A DNA stretch of 28,193 nt, from the NCBI GenBank assembly GCA_965369865.1, contig CBDURU010000037.1, positions 1-28,193 on the forward strand, in the 5' to 3' direction. Positions 1-9,581 of the stretch are shown here, in pieces. The DNA comes from an uncultured bacterium (GTDB lineage: Bacteria > JAJVIF01 > JAPKYR01). Every line of letters begins with the position of its first letter. Positions within the stretch are counted from its first letter, which is position 1. Both the position numbers and the translations under genes were made by a program. The notes beneath the pieces were generated by a model. It did no database searches. It was not told the origin of the DNA and worked only from the letters and a program-made list of their open reading frames with translations.

Positions 1-635
1 CCATATCTCGTCTTTGAGGGAATAGGTCTCTCTCTTCTTAAAAGAGCGTATGCACAAAAATCAACAAGCTGTATGAAATACGAACGACTAGATTTCTTGA
101 AAAATGGATCCTCTATTATCCTGTCCAGCGGGATATTTTTCTTTGCCTTACCTGTGGCAGCCCATACACCCATTGAGCTTGGAATTGGATTAAAAACGTG
201 CATCTTCCTCGCCAGGCGTGTGTATTCATTTTCGGAGCCTTCATCAATTATAAGAATCGCTCTGCTGTCCCAAGCTACCATTGTCCTGTTTATTCGGTTC
301 AGAAGCCGCTCAAACAACGACAGCCTGTCCTTTTTTCCTCCAACGGCATTGAAAAGCCTCACCTCATTTAATGTCGCAAGCATTTTGAGAGCACCCTTAA
401 ATATTTCACATCGACGGTTTTTGCCAATTATTCGATCAGACGGCCTTTCTCTCCCTGAAACAAATTTCCAGGCATGTAACTCCTTGTATAAAAATATGCC
501 GTCAGTATCTTTAAGATCCTTCCTCCAATCCTTGACTTTCAGAAATATATCCTGCCATGCATCCGATGGAATCGCCAAGGCAGAAAAAACGCAAAGTTCT
601 TCGTCTCTTGAGTCATCTATGTAAATCAGGCGCAT
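1..635 (-). CDS. DUF3800-like protein (RNase H-like fold), 3'-truncated by the window edge
   Basis: Manual translation from ATG at 635 (GGGAG upstream): MRLIYIDDSRDEELCVFSALAIP...KELHAWKF...ILIIDEG...IIEDPFFKKSSRSYFIQLVDFCAYALLRRE...; open to position 1. N-terminal YIDDS, ELHA, DEG and C-terminal S..IQLVD..AY motifs match my recollection of DUF3800. Absent from the ORF track because there is no stop in the window. Confidence 0.82.
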   Translation of the reverse strand, partial: MRLIYIDDSRDEELCVFSALAIPSDAWQDIFLKVKDWRKDLKDTDGIFLYKELHAWKFVSGRERPSDRIIGKNRRCEIFKGALKMLATLNEVRLFNAVGGKKDRLSLFERLLNRINRTMVAWDSRAILIIDEGSENEYTRLARKMHVFNPIPSSMGVWAATGKAKKNIPLDRIIEDPFFKKSSRSYFIQLVDFCAYALLRRERPIPSKTRY

Positions 636-966
636 TTTTTTCACTCCCTGCTTTGCGGTGTCTATCCTCAACTAAAAAATACTTGCTTATACTCACTCAA
701 TTTCCGGAATGATTCAATGATCGCAACATCTTTCGGTGCGGTCAAGAGACTTTCCGGGTGAAGCAAGTCCCTTTCTCGATTGTACCATACGCTAATCTCC
801 CCCGAATTCTGTCCCATTAGTTATTACAGGACAACCCATCGTCCGGCCCGATCGATGGTTTCAATCTTTACCCACTCTAAACCCGGATGTACTAAAATTT
901 ATTAAACTAAAAAGGCGGAAAAAAGTGATACTATAATACAGATACGTACAAGGACGGGATTAAACA

Positions 967-2046
967 ATGCCGGACATAAATAATGAAATAAAAACAGTTA
1001 GAGACGTCATTTGTCATGCGCTGACCGAGTTTGCCAGGCCTTTCGATTCCACAGTGCTTATCAAAGATATTATCACCCGCCTCAGGGAAATCACCGGAAG
1101 CACCCGCGGCGATCTGCTTTTATACCAGTCGGATTTAAATATCCTGTTTTTTTCGGAAACTTCGTCGATTGATACAAGTACCACAGATCCTTTGAAAATC
1201 AACATAACGGACAGTAAAAAATCCGCGCCTGTTGAGGCTTTGACAGGCGGACATACTGTGCTGGTGGATGATGTCAGCGAGTCCAGCCTTCAAAGTATCT
1301 CACCGGGATCCAAAACCATTCTCTCGGTCCCCATCATTTATAGCGAAAATATTCATGGGGTTCTTAACCTGGAGCATTCCGATGCCGGTGCTTTCGACGA
1401 GGAAACTGTCGCCTGGATTGAAGCTGCCGGTACGGTTCTCGCAAGCCTTCTGGAACACAGCTATCTCAAGGAGCGAATCTTCTACCTGAATCAAAGGTTG
1501 ATCGACTCAATGACCAGTGACCTTGTCAAAGCCGATCCGCACTATCGGGATCACGCCGAGCGTGTCTCGGGACTTGCGGCGGCACTGGCTGAGAAACTTA
1601 ATCTTCCCTCGGACCTGGTCAAGGCTGTTCGGGAATCGGGATACCTTCACGATCTCGGAAAAACCGGGGTGAATGAAAGCATACTCGTTAAACCCGGGAA
1701 CCTTACCGATGATGAGTATCGTGAAATGCAGAAGCATCCGGTACTTGGGAGGTTCCTGTTGAAACCGCTTGGTTTCCAGCCCGCGGTACTGGAAGGCGTG
1801 GTCAGCCATCATGAGAAATGGGACGGCACCGGATATCCGAGGGGATTGTCAGGTGAACAGATTCCTATAACCGGTAGAATCCTGGCTGTGGCGGAGGCAT
1901 TCGAAGTGATGACGAGCGATCAGCCGTACCGGCAGAAACGTTCGACAGAGGAAGCCATGGAGGATATCAAGAGTGTTGCCGGCGCCCAGTTTGATCCGGA
2001 TGTTGTCGAGGCTCTGGTCGGCCTCGATCTGAGTAGCCTGGATTGA
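967..2046 (+). CDS. GAF + HD-GYP domain cyclic dinucleotide phosphodiesterase
   Basis: N-terminal GAF (LSVPII..GVLNLEH..AFDEE); HAERVS, LHDLGK, HHEKWDGTGYPRGL and QFDP motifs of HD-GYP. TATAAT at 932-937. Confidence 0.92.
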   Translation: MPDINNEIKTVRDVICHALTEFARPFDSTVLIKDIITRLREITGSTRGDLLLYQSDLNILFFSETSSIDTSTTDPLKINITDSKKSAPVEALTGGHTVLVDDVSESSLQSISPGSKTILSVPIIYSENIHGVLNLEHSDAGAFDEETVAWIEAAGTVLASLLEHSYLKERIFYLNQRLIDSMTSDLVKADPHYRDHAERVSGLAAALAEKLNLPSDLVKAVRESGYLHDLGKTGVNESILVKPGNLTDDEYREMQKHPVLGRFLLKPLGFQPAVLEGVVSHHEKWDGTGYPRGLSGEQIPITGRILAVAEAFEVMTSDQPYRQKRSTEEAMEDIKSVAGAQFDPDVVEALVGLDLSSLD

Positions 2047-2085
2047 GGACACGAACTGTCTGGATTCGCAGCCGGTATCAAAGAA

Positions 2086-4236
2086 TTAATACGGCCCGAT
2101 ATGGTTCAACGCGTTAACGGCAGCCATACCGGTGATCTCCAGCGTGCTCTCATCGAAGTTATGTTTCCCGCCTTCAATGTGGTTGACTGCGCCTACAAGC
2201 GCGACCGAGGTTCCGTCATCGATGAACCACTCATAAACAAGGGTCCCCCCATTGATATCGGGGCTTACCACATCGCAGTTGTATCTTAAGACCATGCATG
2301 GTTCGTCTGTAATTCCCATGTACGGGACGCTTACCAGGCCTTCGCCCCAGCCTCTCAATAATAAATCGAACGAATGTGTTGGCGGGAAAGAGAATGAATA
2401 GGTTTCATCGGTGAATACCCAGACGGGATATTGAATTACAAACGGTGGAACGAAATTGAATGATCCGAGCCACATTTCCTCATGGGCGCCGACCAACATC
2501 AACCTGTCGGGGTCCATTTCCCATCGTTCAGCAAGGTAAATTTCTCCAGTGACGTCATTATATAAACCGGTGGTCTTGTAAAAGTAGTCGAAACTTGATG
2601 TGATATTCCCGGCGAAAGGAAGCACCTCAGGATCGTCAGGCGCAAGGATCGCGCGATAATTACCGTTGTCCACAAGTGCCAGTCCGGTGAAATCCCATGG
2701 ACCATCGGGATTGCCGAGGTCGACAAACGGAAGCATGGAAGCTGTATCAAACTCCCCGCTGACGTAACTGAACTGGGTGCCCAGGGTTTTATAATCCTGA
2801 TCCTCCGGTTTCGTAATGCCGACATGAACTTCTATCTGGTAACTCACCGTATCGATCAGGTCGCACGGATCGGTTGCCTTTAGCCCGATAGTGAATATCC
2901 CGACCTCATCCGAGCTCACCACAACTTCTTCGCCCATCGCATCACCGTAATTACCGTCATTGTTGAGATCCCAGGCAAGCTCAAGTGTGCATTCTACTCC
3001 GTCAGGATCGTATGATGTTGAGACCAGCGTAACCTGCTGTCCGGTAATGACGTGAGAAGGGCCGGTAAAATCTGCAACAGGGGGAGTTTGGCAACACGGA
3101 TCGATATAATGTTCGACTTCGATGTCGATAAATGTATACGTGGTGAAATCCCATGGAGGGGTACTTTCCATTGGGTCTTCAATCCCTGCAAGTGCCCTGT
3201 AGTAACCCTCTCCTGCCCCCAGATCATTAGTAACTGGAATTATATAGGTCACAATTGGCGGGCTGACGGCGGTCATTGATGCGAATTTCTTCCCTGTCCA
3301 CAATTCAGGACATTCGATCCATCCTTCTCCGATACTCGTCTGCCAGTCCCGCGTAGAAATAACAATGTCTACTTCATTCCCCGCTTCATCGGTAAGCGGC
3401 GCGGCTTGACTTGCAATTACCATGTATGCTTCGGGTTTATTCGAACTTATCGGAAAATCATCCGGAATGTTTACAGGCGGGTTGGCAATGGGAAGTTCCC
3501 ACGAAGTATCGATCGCATAACCCAATGAAAAAATTCCCTGCGGAAGCCGGAAATGCCAGGTCCTTGTGACTGTCTGTCCGGCTCCCAGCACATGGCGGTT
3601 TTCACTGCTGTAGTAATCCTTGTACGGGTTGAGCGTGCTGGCGGGATAAATCGGCGTCGCAAATTTCCCCACCGAGTACGAGAAAATGGGGATATTGGTG
3701 CCGGGAGAAAAATCAATCGGGTTAAAAATCGTCGTGTACCCGTCGGCATTGAAAACATATCCATCCATCCCGTCAGGGTCCTGAGTGGTAAGGCCCGAAG
3801 CCGGCCAGTATTCGGTTCCGCCCCACATCATTATGAACCGCGTATCGAAAGCGGTGAGAAGATCCAGGCCGGACCAGGGGTGAGTGATTTCGAGATCCAG
3901 TTCCCATGAACCATCCGGATTATGCGTCGCTCCGGTTATCTTGAAACAATCGCTGCACGGCATGCCGTCTTCTATAAATTGACGAATATTTGCGTGGATC
4001 ACAGGTTGGCGGGAAGGGACAATTTCAAATAATTCGGATTCCGGATCGAATACTATCAGCCCTGTTTCTAATGTGGAATGTGGATTCGACACCTGTGCGG
4101 TTGAATCGACCCGTTCGGACAGGCCGGGATCCACAGGAGAATAATCGATCTCGGGGTTACTTTTATTCTGACACCCCATAGCCGGAATTGAGATTAACGC
4201 GATCACCAGAAATAGGTGAATAAATATTCGGTTCAA
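2086..4236 (-). CDS. Large lipoprotein: shared N-terminal domain + PKD-like domain + uncharacterised C-terminal domain
   Basis: TTG start after GGAGG; lipobox-like AMGC; PKD-like PVADF..SYDPDG..WDLNNDG; N-terminal region aligns by eye with the ORFs at 19097 and 25157. Confidence 0.8.
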   Translation of the reverse strand: MNRIFIHLFLVIALISIPAMGCQNKSNPEIDYSPVDPGLSERVDSTAQVSNPHSTLETGLIVFDPESELFEIVPSRQPVIHANIRQFIEDGMPCSDCFKITGATHNPDGSWELDLEITHPWSGLDLLTAFDTRFIMMWGGTEYWPASGLTTQDPDGMDGYVFNADGYTTIFNPIDFSPGTNIPIFSYSVGKFATPIYPASTLNPYKDYYSSENRHVLGAGQTVTRTWHFRLPQGIFSLGYAIDTSWELPIANPPVNIPDDFPISSNKPEAYMVIASQAAPLTDEAGNEVDIVISTRDWQTSIGEGWIECPELWTGKKFASMTAVSPPIVTYIIPVTNDLGAGEGYYRALAGIEDPMESTPPWDFTTYTFIDIEVEHYIDPCCQTPPVADFTGPSHVITGQQVTLVSTSYDPDGVECTLELAWDLNNDGNYGDAMGEEVVVSSDEVGIFTIGLKATDPCDLIDTVSYQIEVHVGITKPEDQDYKTLGTQFSYVSGEFDTASMLPFVDLGNPDGPWDFTGLALVDNGNYRAILAPDDPEVLPFAGNITSSFDYFYKTTGLYNDVTGEIYLAERWEMDPDRLMLVGAHEEMWLGSFNFVPPFVIQYPVWVFTDETYSFSFPPTHSFDLLLRGWGEGLVSVPYMGITDEPCMVLRYNCDVVSPDINGGTLVYEWFIDDGTSVALVGAVNHIEGGKHNFDESTLEITGMAAVNALNHIGPY

Positions 4237-4374
4237 TTTGATCCTCCATTAGTACTGATTAAAAATAAATAGCCTTACACTATCCAGGCATGTGTTTTCA
4301 TTGAGTGCTTGTTCCCAGACAGCAACATGATACTACGTTACCCACTGTTTATAAAGGTACTGTATAGAAAACTC

Positions 4375-4456
4375 CTCTTTTCGCCCGTCGAAAATCTGAA
4401 TTCGTCTGCTAATGTAGGGGACATCTCTTTTCGCCCGTCGAAAAGCAGGTGTCCCC
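4375..4456. repeat. GTAG-headed REP-like palindrome (4414-4456) with a 20-bp direct duplicate of its core (4375-4394 = 4425-4444)
   Basis: GTAG overlapping GGGGACATCT..TTTTCG-cccgt-CGAAAA..AGGTGTCCCC nested hairpin; CTCTTTTCGCCCGTCGAAAA occurs twice, 50 bp apart. Confidence 0.7.
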
Positions 4457-4489
4457 ATCAATCCTAAATACGCCCAAATAATGGGTGCC

Positions 4490-4671
4490 GTTGACAAGCT
4501 GAGTGAGACATCGAAATCCCCCAAGCCTCGAAAAAATCTCCGCGTCGAACGTGCTTGTCGACGATTATTACAAATATCAATAAATCGCGTGGCGGCGACA
4601 CGCTGAGTGAGACATCTAAATCCCGCAAGCCTCGAAAATTCTCTGGGTCGAACGTGCTTGTCGGCGATTAT
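4490..4671. repeat. Two imperfect direct copies of a ~76-bp element with terminal inverted repeats (4493-4568, 4597-4671)
   Basis: GACA(A/C)GCTGAGTGAGACATC(G/T)AAATCCC(C/G)CAAGCCTCGAAAA...GTCGAACGTGCTTGTCG(A/G)CGATTAT twice; ends pair (GTTGACAAGC/GCTTGTCGAC). Confidence 0.85.
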
Positions 4672-4676
4672 CTAAT

Positions 4677-7600
4677 TTACTGAAGCATCCCAAGCTCACC
4701 CATCAGTGTTTCCACCGATGTCGTCAATTGCGGATCGACCCCTTTAGCGAAATCAGGCGGCAGCAAATCAACCCAGACATCCGGGATTGCCCCGTTTCCT
4801 TCCAGGTTGAATAAAATTCCACCGGTTTCGGGATCGATCGTCCACCATCCGCGACGGGGAAGGCTCAGATAACTTCCATCCACAAGACGTGTGCCGCCGG
4901 TTGATATTACGCCGCCTCCCGTCTGCCATCCGATGAGAAGCCCGCGGTCCAGTGTTTGAATTGCGTGTGCGAAAATCTCGGCGTTCGAGAAGGAATACTG
5001 GTTGGCGATTACAACCAGCGGACCGGTGTATGTATAAAACAGCGTGCGATCCTCGGGATATCCAAGCCCCCCATCGCGCGGTCGTGTCAGGGCGTGGCGT
5101 TCCGTATTTAAAATCGCAAGAAGATAATCCGTTACCCATCCGCCGGAATTCCATCGGACGTCGATAATGATCCCGTCCTTTCCATGTCCGGTTGTATAAA
5201 GGTCCTGCTCGAATCTCTCGACCCAAGGTTCGTACATTCGCTTGATGTGCATGTACCCAAGCCGTCCGCCTGAGATATCCTCTACAGTGCGGTTATTATC
5301 GGACATCCAGGCCTGGTACGAATTTTCAAGCCATACTGTGTAAGTTTCGGGACGAATCCGTATCCATTCGGGTTCTCCGTCACCCGAATCCCCGCCGATC
5401 ACACCAATTTCGATTTCCCGGCCCGTGCTGCCTTCCATCGCGCGCCACCAGTTACCTATCGGCCTCTCGCCATACCCGCCGACATCGTAGCCGTTTATGT
5501 TGACGATTCTGTCGCCGGGTTCGATTCCCAGTTCGACATGGCTGATCGGTGTTCCGGGAGTGATCCAGTCGATAACAAGGCCGGGTTCGGAATCCTCGAT
5601 AAGTCCGCATCCGAGATACCCTGTATCGGGTCCGGTCGGTCCACGTCCCGCGTCGCTGTAACTAAGGTGGCTTGCGTTCAAACGCCCCAGCATTAAATTG
5701 ACGGCATCCCCAAGGTCGCGGAAGTGCCTGGCAGCCTCGACCAGCGGTTCGTAATCATTGTGAAGCTGATCCCAGTTCTGCCCATGAAAATCGGGATCGT
5801 AAAATTGCTGTCCCTCGATTCTCCAGAGTTCATCGAATTTATACATCCGTTCGGCGTAAGGATCGATTTCCATCGCCGCACTGAAATTATGAGACTCCGC
5901 TGAATCGCCCCCCGATTTGAAAGACCTGATCGTACCGCCCGGGGTCATGTAGTAAATCCTGTCGACACCGGTGTGCCAGTAAATAACCTGAGCACTTGCG
6001 TTTCCGGCTACAACTTTTCTTTCCTCGCCCGTCCACTTGACCTGGTAAATATCGCTGCTGCCGGATGAATTGGATGTGTAAATTATATATTCCCCGTCAG
6101 GTGAAAAATCATATAGAAATTCCGACCCGATATCAGTCGTCAGCCGTCTCGAGCGGAAATGTATGTTTTCAAAATCGATAATTACATCGATTTTAATAAG
6201 CTCTTCTTCCTCTTCTTCTTCTGATTCCTCTTCATCCTCACCATTTTCAGATTCGTCGCTTGTTTCATCTACCACTTCCTCATCTTCCTCCGGTTCATCC
6301 GACTGTGGTTCCGGCAATGGTGGAAGCGGTTCCGCCTGGATATCCCATTCACTTACCGGGCGTTCATCATCCTGTTTCTGAAGGAAAATAAAATAGGCGT
6401 CCATATTATCGAGATTCCGGGAGGATGAAAATCCGAGTTTGGACCCGTCCGGCGACCATCTCGGCATATAATCGTCGTCCGGATGACGGGTGATGTTCAC
6501 TTCGCCATCGGCCCAGGACGGTAACAGCCCGGTTGCCCCCACTCGTCCCGGAAACGGCTGCCATCCATCCGACGGGCAGAGTGGCAACTCGGGATCTTCG
6601 GGGTCGACCGCCGCGATGTAAATGTCCGAATTGTAATCGTCATCGTCGCGGGAATATGCCAGCCACCTTCCGTCCGGTGAAAATTCAAAATCGCTTCCGA
6701 AGTGATGCGAGTACAGATTGCGATGGTTGTTGCCGTCGCCGTCCATAAACCAGACGTCACCCAGGTTGCGAATGTATGCGATCGTCAATTCCGACTCGGG
6801 AATTGCCGCATCCTCATCACCGGCTTGTACCGGTGCGAATTTTGCCCTCCGGCATGGTTCATCGATTCGCGCAAGCCTCTCAACCGCAAATCTGCGGGAC
6901 TCGCTCAAGCGTTCGTTGTCGGGATCGTCGGATTTCACCCTGTACAGTTGTTCTATTCCATCCCGGTCGGATGTAAACAGGATCGCGTCGCCCCTTGGAT
7001 ACCACTGGATTTCCCAGTCGCGCGCCGGATGATTTGTAAGTTGTGCCGCTGTTGTCCCGCCGACCCCGTCAGCTCGCACGCAGAAAATTTCACCACGCAC
7101 TACAAATGCCATCTCATTTCCATCGGGACTCATTTCGAACTCTGTCGCACCGGAGTAAAAAGACATTGCCCGTGGTGTGTCGGGGTCCTCATCGAGCCAG
7201 GCGTTGATATGAATTTCACGCGGACTTCCGCCATCGAGGTCCTGTACATAAATTCCGCCCATCCATTCGTACGTAACGATTCCTGAGCCAGCCGATCCCC
7301 CGATTCGCGGATGCCAGAGTCCGGTGTCGCGGTAATTAGTGATTCGCGTTTTTTCTCCGGTCGATGCGTCCCATGCCAAGAGATTTCCGACACCGGAATC
7401 TTCCTCGCTACGGTAATAAAGAACCGACCCATCGCGCGACCACATCGGGTCGGTATTTGTGTACTCGTTACCCGTGACCCTTGAAAATTCTCCGGTCGAC
7501 ATCCTGTAAATCCAGATATCCTCCTTGTGAGTGCCCCTGTACCCTTCGCGATATCTGTTCCCGGGACCGAAATGAAATGCGATTCTGTCCCCGTCGGGAT

Positions 7601-8132
7601 GCATGACCGCCTGGTATCCGGGAGATGGCACAAGGTTTACCGGGGCGGACGGCCCATAGCCCTGATCCGATTTAAAATAAACGGCATGCGGTTCGCGATT
7701 GTTCGGCCAGACCCCGCCGCGCCGCGATGAAAATAAAAGCCCGTCTCCCTCAAGTGTCCATCCCGAAAGAATGTCGCCGTTCGATGCAAACGTAATGCGT
7801 TCGGGAGTCCCCCCGCGTGAATCGATTATGAAAAGGTCCTCGGAGCCGTACCTGTCCGACATGAACGCGATTGTCGAACCATCCGGACTCCAGATCGGCG
7901 TATGGTCGTACCCGTCGGAGGATGTCAGCCGGGTCGCGCGTCCGCCTCCGATCGGGGCGGTCCATAAATCACCGGCCCATGAGAACGCGAGTGTCGATCC
8001 ATCGGGCGATGGCGCGGGATACCTCGCGAACCGGACAATTTCCGCATCGCCTGTAGAGGCACCGGCGGTACTTAATGTCAGCAGTATGAAAAGTGCTGTT
8101 GTTGCAATTGGGAGAAGAGCGTTTCTGGTCAT
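4677..8132 (-). CDS. Tricorn-type S41 family protease (PD40 propellers, PDZ, catalytic domain), exported
   Basis: Signal peptide; repeated PxWSPDG motifs; LGRLNASH, GYMHIKRM, IIDVRWNSGG, SFSNAE (catalytic Ser), LEGNGAIPD, DPQL motifs. Confidence 0.93.
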   Translation of the reverse strand: MTRNALLPIATTALFILLTLSTAGASTGDAEIVRFARYPAPSPDGSTLAFSWAGDLWTAPIGGGRATRLTSSDGYDHTPIWSPDGSTIAFMSDRYGSEDLFIIDSRGGTPERITFASNGDILSGWTLEGDGLLFSSRRGGVWPNNREPHAVYFKSDQGYGPSAPVNLVPSPGYQAVMHPDGDRIAFHFGPGNRYREGYRGTHKEDIWIYRMSTGEFSRVTGNEYTNTDPMWSRDGSVLYYRSEEDSGVGNLLAWDASTGEKTRITNYRDTGLWHPRIGGSAGSGIVTYEWMGGIYVQDLDGGSPREIHINAWLDEDPDTPRAMSFYSGATEFEMSPDGNEMAFVVRGEIFCVRADGVGGTTAAQLTNHPARDWEIQWYPRGDAILFTSDRDGIEQLYRVKSDDPDNERLSESRRFAVERLARIDEPCRRAKFAPVQAGDEDAAIPESELTIAYIRNLGDVWFMDGDGNNHRNLYSHHFGSDFEFSPDGRWLAYSRDDDDYNSDIYIAAVDPEDPELPLCPSDGWQPFPGRVGATGLLPSWADGEVNITRHPDDDYMPRWSPDGSKLGFSSSRNLDNMDAYFIFLQKQDDERPVSEWDIQAEPLPPLPEPQSDEPEEDEEVVDETSDESENGEDEEESEEEEEEELIKIDVIIDFENIHFRSRRLTTDIGSEFLYDFSPDGEYIIYTSNSSGSSDIYQVKWTGEERKVVAGNASAQVIYWHTGVDRIYYMTPGGTIRSFKSGGDSAESHNFSAAMEIDPYAERMYKFDELWRIEGQQFYDPDFHGQNWDQLHNDYEPLVEAARHFRDLGDAVNLMLGRLNASHLSYSDAGRGPTGPDTGYLGCGLIEDSEPGLVIDWITPGTPISHVELGIEPGDRIVNINGYDVGGYGERPIGNWWRAMEGSTGREIEIGVIGGDSGDGEPEWIRIRPETYTVWLENSYQAWMSDNNRTVEDISGGRLGYMHIKRMYEPWVERFEQDLYTTGHGKDGIIIDVRWNSGGWVTDYLLAILNTERHALTRPRDGGLGYPEDRTLFYTYTGPLVVIANQYSFSNAEIFAHAIQTLDRGLLIGWQTGGGVISTGGTRLVDGSYLSLPRRGWWTIDPETGGILFNLEGNGAIPDVWVDLLPPDFAKGVDPQLTTSVETLMGELGMLQ

Positions 8133-8214
8133 AGCGATTCACACGTTGGAAAACTATTATTTAATGAGAGATCAGGGTAACGGTATCCGACAAAAATGGC
8201 AACTCTCGAATACC

Positions 8215-8242
8215 TTGCATCCCGTTACATTATTGGTATACT
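8215..8242 (+). promoter_or_regulatory. Sigma70-type promoter for the amidohydrolase
   Basis: TTGCAT(8215-20)-16 bp-TATACT(8237-42) with extended TGn; AGGAGG at 8271-8276. Confidence 0.55.
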
Positions 8243-8284
8243 CAATTCCTGTTTCAACTATTCCAGCTTCAGGAGGTCTCTTAC

Positions 8285-9472
8285 ATGTATCACTTCACCG
8301 GCGGCACTGTCTACCTTGAAAATGGTTTTAAATCAAACATCGACGTAATTACCAAGGGAAAGCGTATCCAGAGCGTCGGCACTAATCTGAAAACACCGAA
8401 AGGCGCGAAAGTTGTCAAACTTAAGCGCGGACAATTTCTCGCACCCGGTTTAATCGACGCCCACTGCCATCTCGGGCTTTTTGAAGACGGCGTCGGGATG
8501 ATTGGGAGCCACGCAAACGAATATGGCGATTACAATACCGCCTATGTCCGCTCGATGGACGCGATCTTCCCGAAGGACATGGCTTTCGAGGACGCCCGTA
8601 AAGGCGGCGTGATTGCGGTTGGATCGTTTCCCGGTTCCGCAAACCTGTTTGGTGGTGTCTGTTCCGTAATTAGGACCTATGGCGAGACCCTTGAGGAAAT
8701 GCTGATCGATGGCTACCACGGAATGAAAATGGCTCTAGGTGAAAACCCGTTCAGGGTAGGGCAGTCGTTGAACAAAGCCCCGCACACCCGTATGGCGAAC
8801 GCCGGACTTATCAGGAAAACATTGATCGAAGTACAGAACTACATCGAGAAACGCGACAAGGCTAAAAAACCGGTAAAAAAACCAAAGGGCAGGGGAAAGA
8901 AAAAGAACGAGGACAAGCAGTTCGATCGCGACCTTGGAAAAGAACACCTCGCGATGTTGCTGGAGGGAAAATTCCCCGCACGATGGCATGTCCACCGCCG
9001 GGATGATATCGAAACCGCGATTCGACTCTCAGAGGAATTCAAATTCGACCTTGTTCTTGAGCATTGCACCGAAGGCTGGCTGATTCCGGATATGATCGCG
9101 AAGCGTGGATTAACAGCGATAATCGGTCCGATGGACACCGCACGGGTGAAATATGAGTTAAGGCATCGCGAGGAACATGCGCCGCATGTCCTTCATGAAG
9201 CCGGAGTCAATGTCTGCCTCATGACCGACCATCCGGTCATGCCGATCAATCATCTCAGGCTTTGCGGCGCGATGAGTGTACGCGGTGGATGTACCGACAA
9301 CGAAGCGATGAAAATGATGACTAAGAATCCCGCGAAACTTTTGAATATCGATAAGGATTACGGAGCGATCAAAAAAGGCAGACTCGCATGTCTTGCGATT
9401 TATTCAGGGCATCCCCTGGATATGAGATCACAGGTCGACCATGTCTGGATCGAAGGCGAGCAGTACTGTTGA
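8285..9472 (+). CDS. Metal-dependent amidohydrolase (imidazolonepropionase-like superfamily)
   Basis: PGLIDAHCHLG (HxH), MKMALGENP, HVHRRDDI, EHCTEG, TDHPV, NPAKLL motifs. Confidence 0.92.
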   Translation: MYHFTGGTVYLENGFKSNIDVITKGKRIQSVGTNLKTPKGAKVVKLKRGQFLAPGLIDAHCHLGLFEDGVGMIGSHANEYGDYNTAYVRSMDAIFPKDMAFEDARKGGVIAVGSFPGSANLFGGVCSVIRTYGETLEEMLIDGYHGMKMALGENPFRVGQSLNKAPHTRMANAGLIRKTLIEVQNYIEKRDKAKKPVKKPKGRGKKKNEDKQFDRDLGKEHLAMLLEGKFPARWHVHRRDDIETAIRLSEEFKFDLVLEHCTEGWLIPDMIAKRGLTAIIGPMDTARVKYELRHREEHAPHVLHEAGVNVCLMTDHPVMPINHLRLCGAMSVRGGCTDNEAMKMMTKNPAKLLNIDKDYGAIKKGRLACLAIYSGHPLDMRSQVDHVWIEGEQYC

Positions 9473-9521
9473 ATTTTTAATACGATGGAGGGGTCACTGC
9501 ACCAGACCTTTTAACTAAAAC

Positions 9522-9554
9522 AAAATAGGGAGCCGGTTGGCTCCCTTATTATTT
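9522..9554. terminator. Probable bidirectional intrinsic terminator between convergent genes
   Basis: AAAATA-GGGAGCC-ggtt-GGCTCCC-TTATTATTT. Confidence 0.75.
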
Positions 9555-9581
9555 CTGTTTCACATTAGTGTCAGTTGGTCA

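Noticed and set aside
73..624. 183-aa + strand ORF from the track
   Set aside because: Antisense shadow of the DUF3800-like gene; no recognisable motifs.
668..817. 49-aa minus-strand ORF (MGQNSGEISVWYNRERDLLHPES...)
   Set aside because: No clear RBS or homology recognisable; not called as a CDS.
4358..4377. TACTGTATA resembling an E. coli-type SOS half-site
   Set aside because: No matching ACAG half-site at the required spacing.
4499..4516. Hammerhead-like CTGAGTGAG-acat-CGAAA
   Set aside because: The core has an extra base versus CUGANGA, stems I/III are not evident, and the second copy reads CTAAA.
4768..8319. Numerous short alternative-frame and antisense ORFs inside the tricorn gene (likewise within uvrB and the lipoproteins)
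   Set aside because: Shadows of long well-supported genes, with no motifs of their own.
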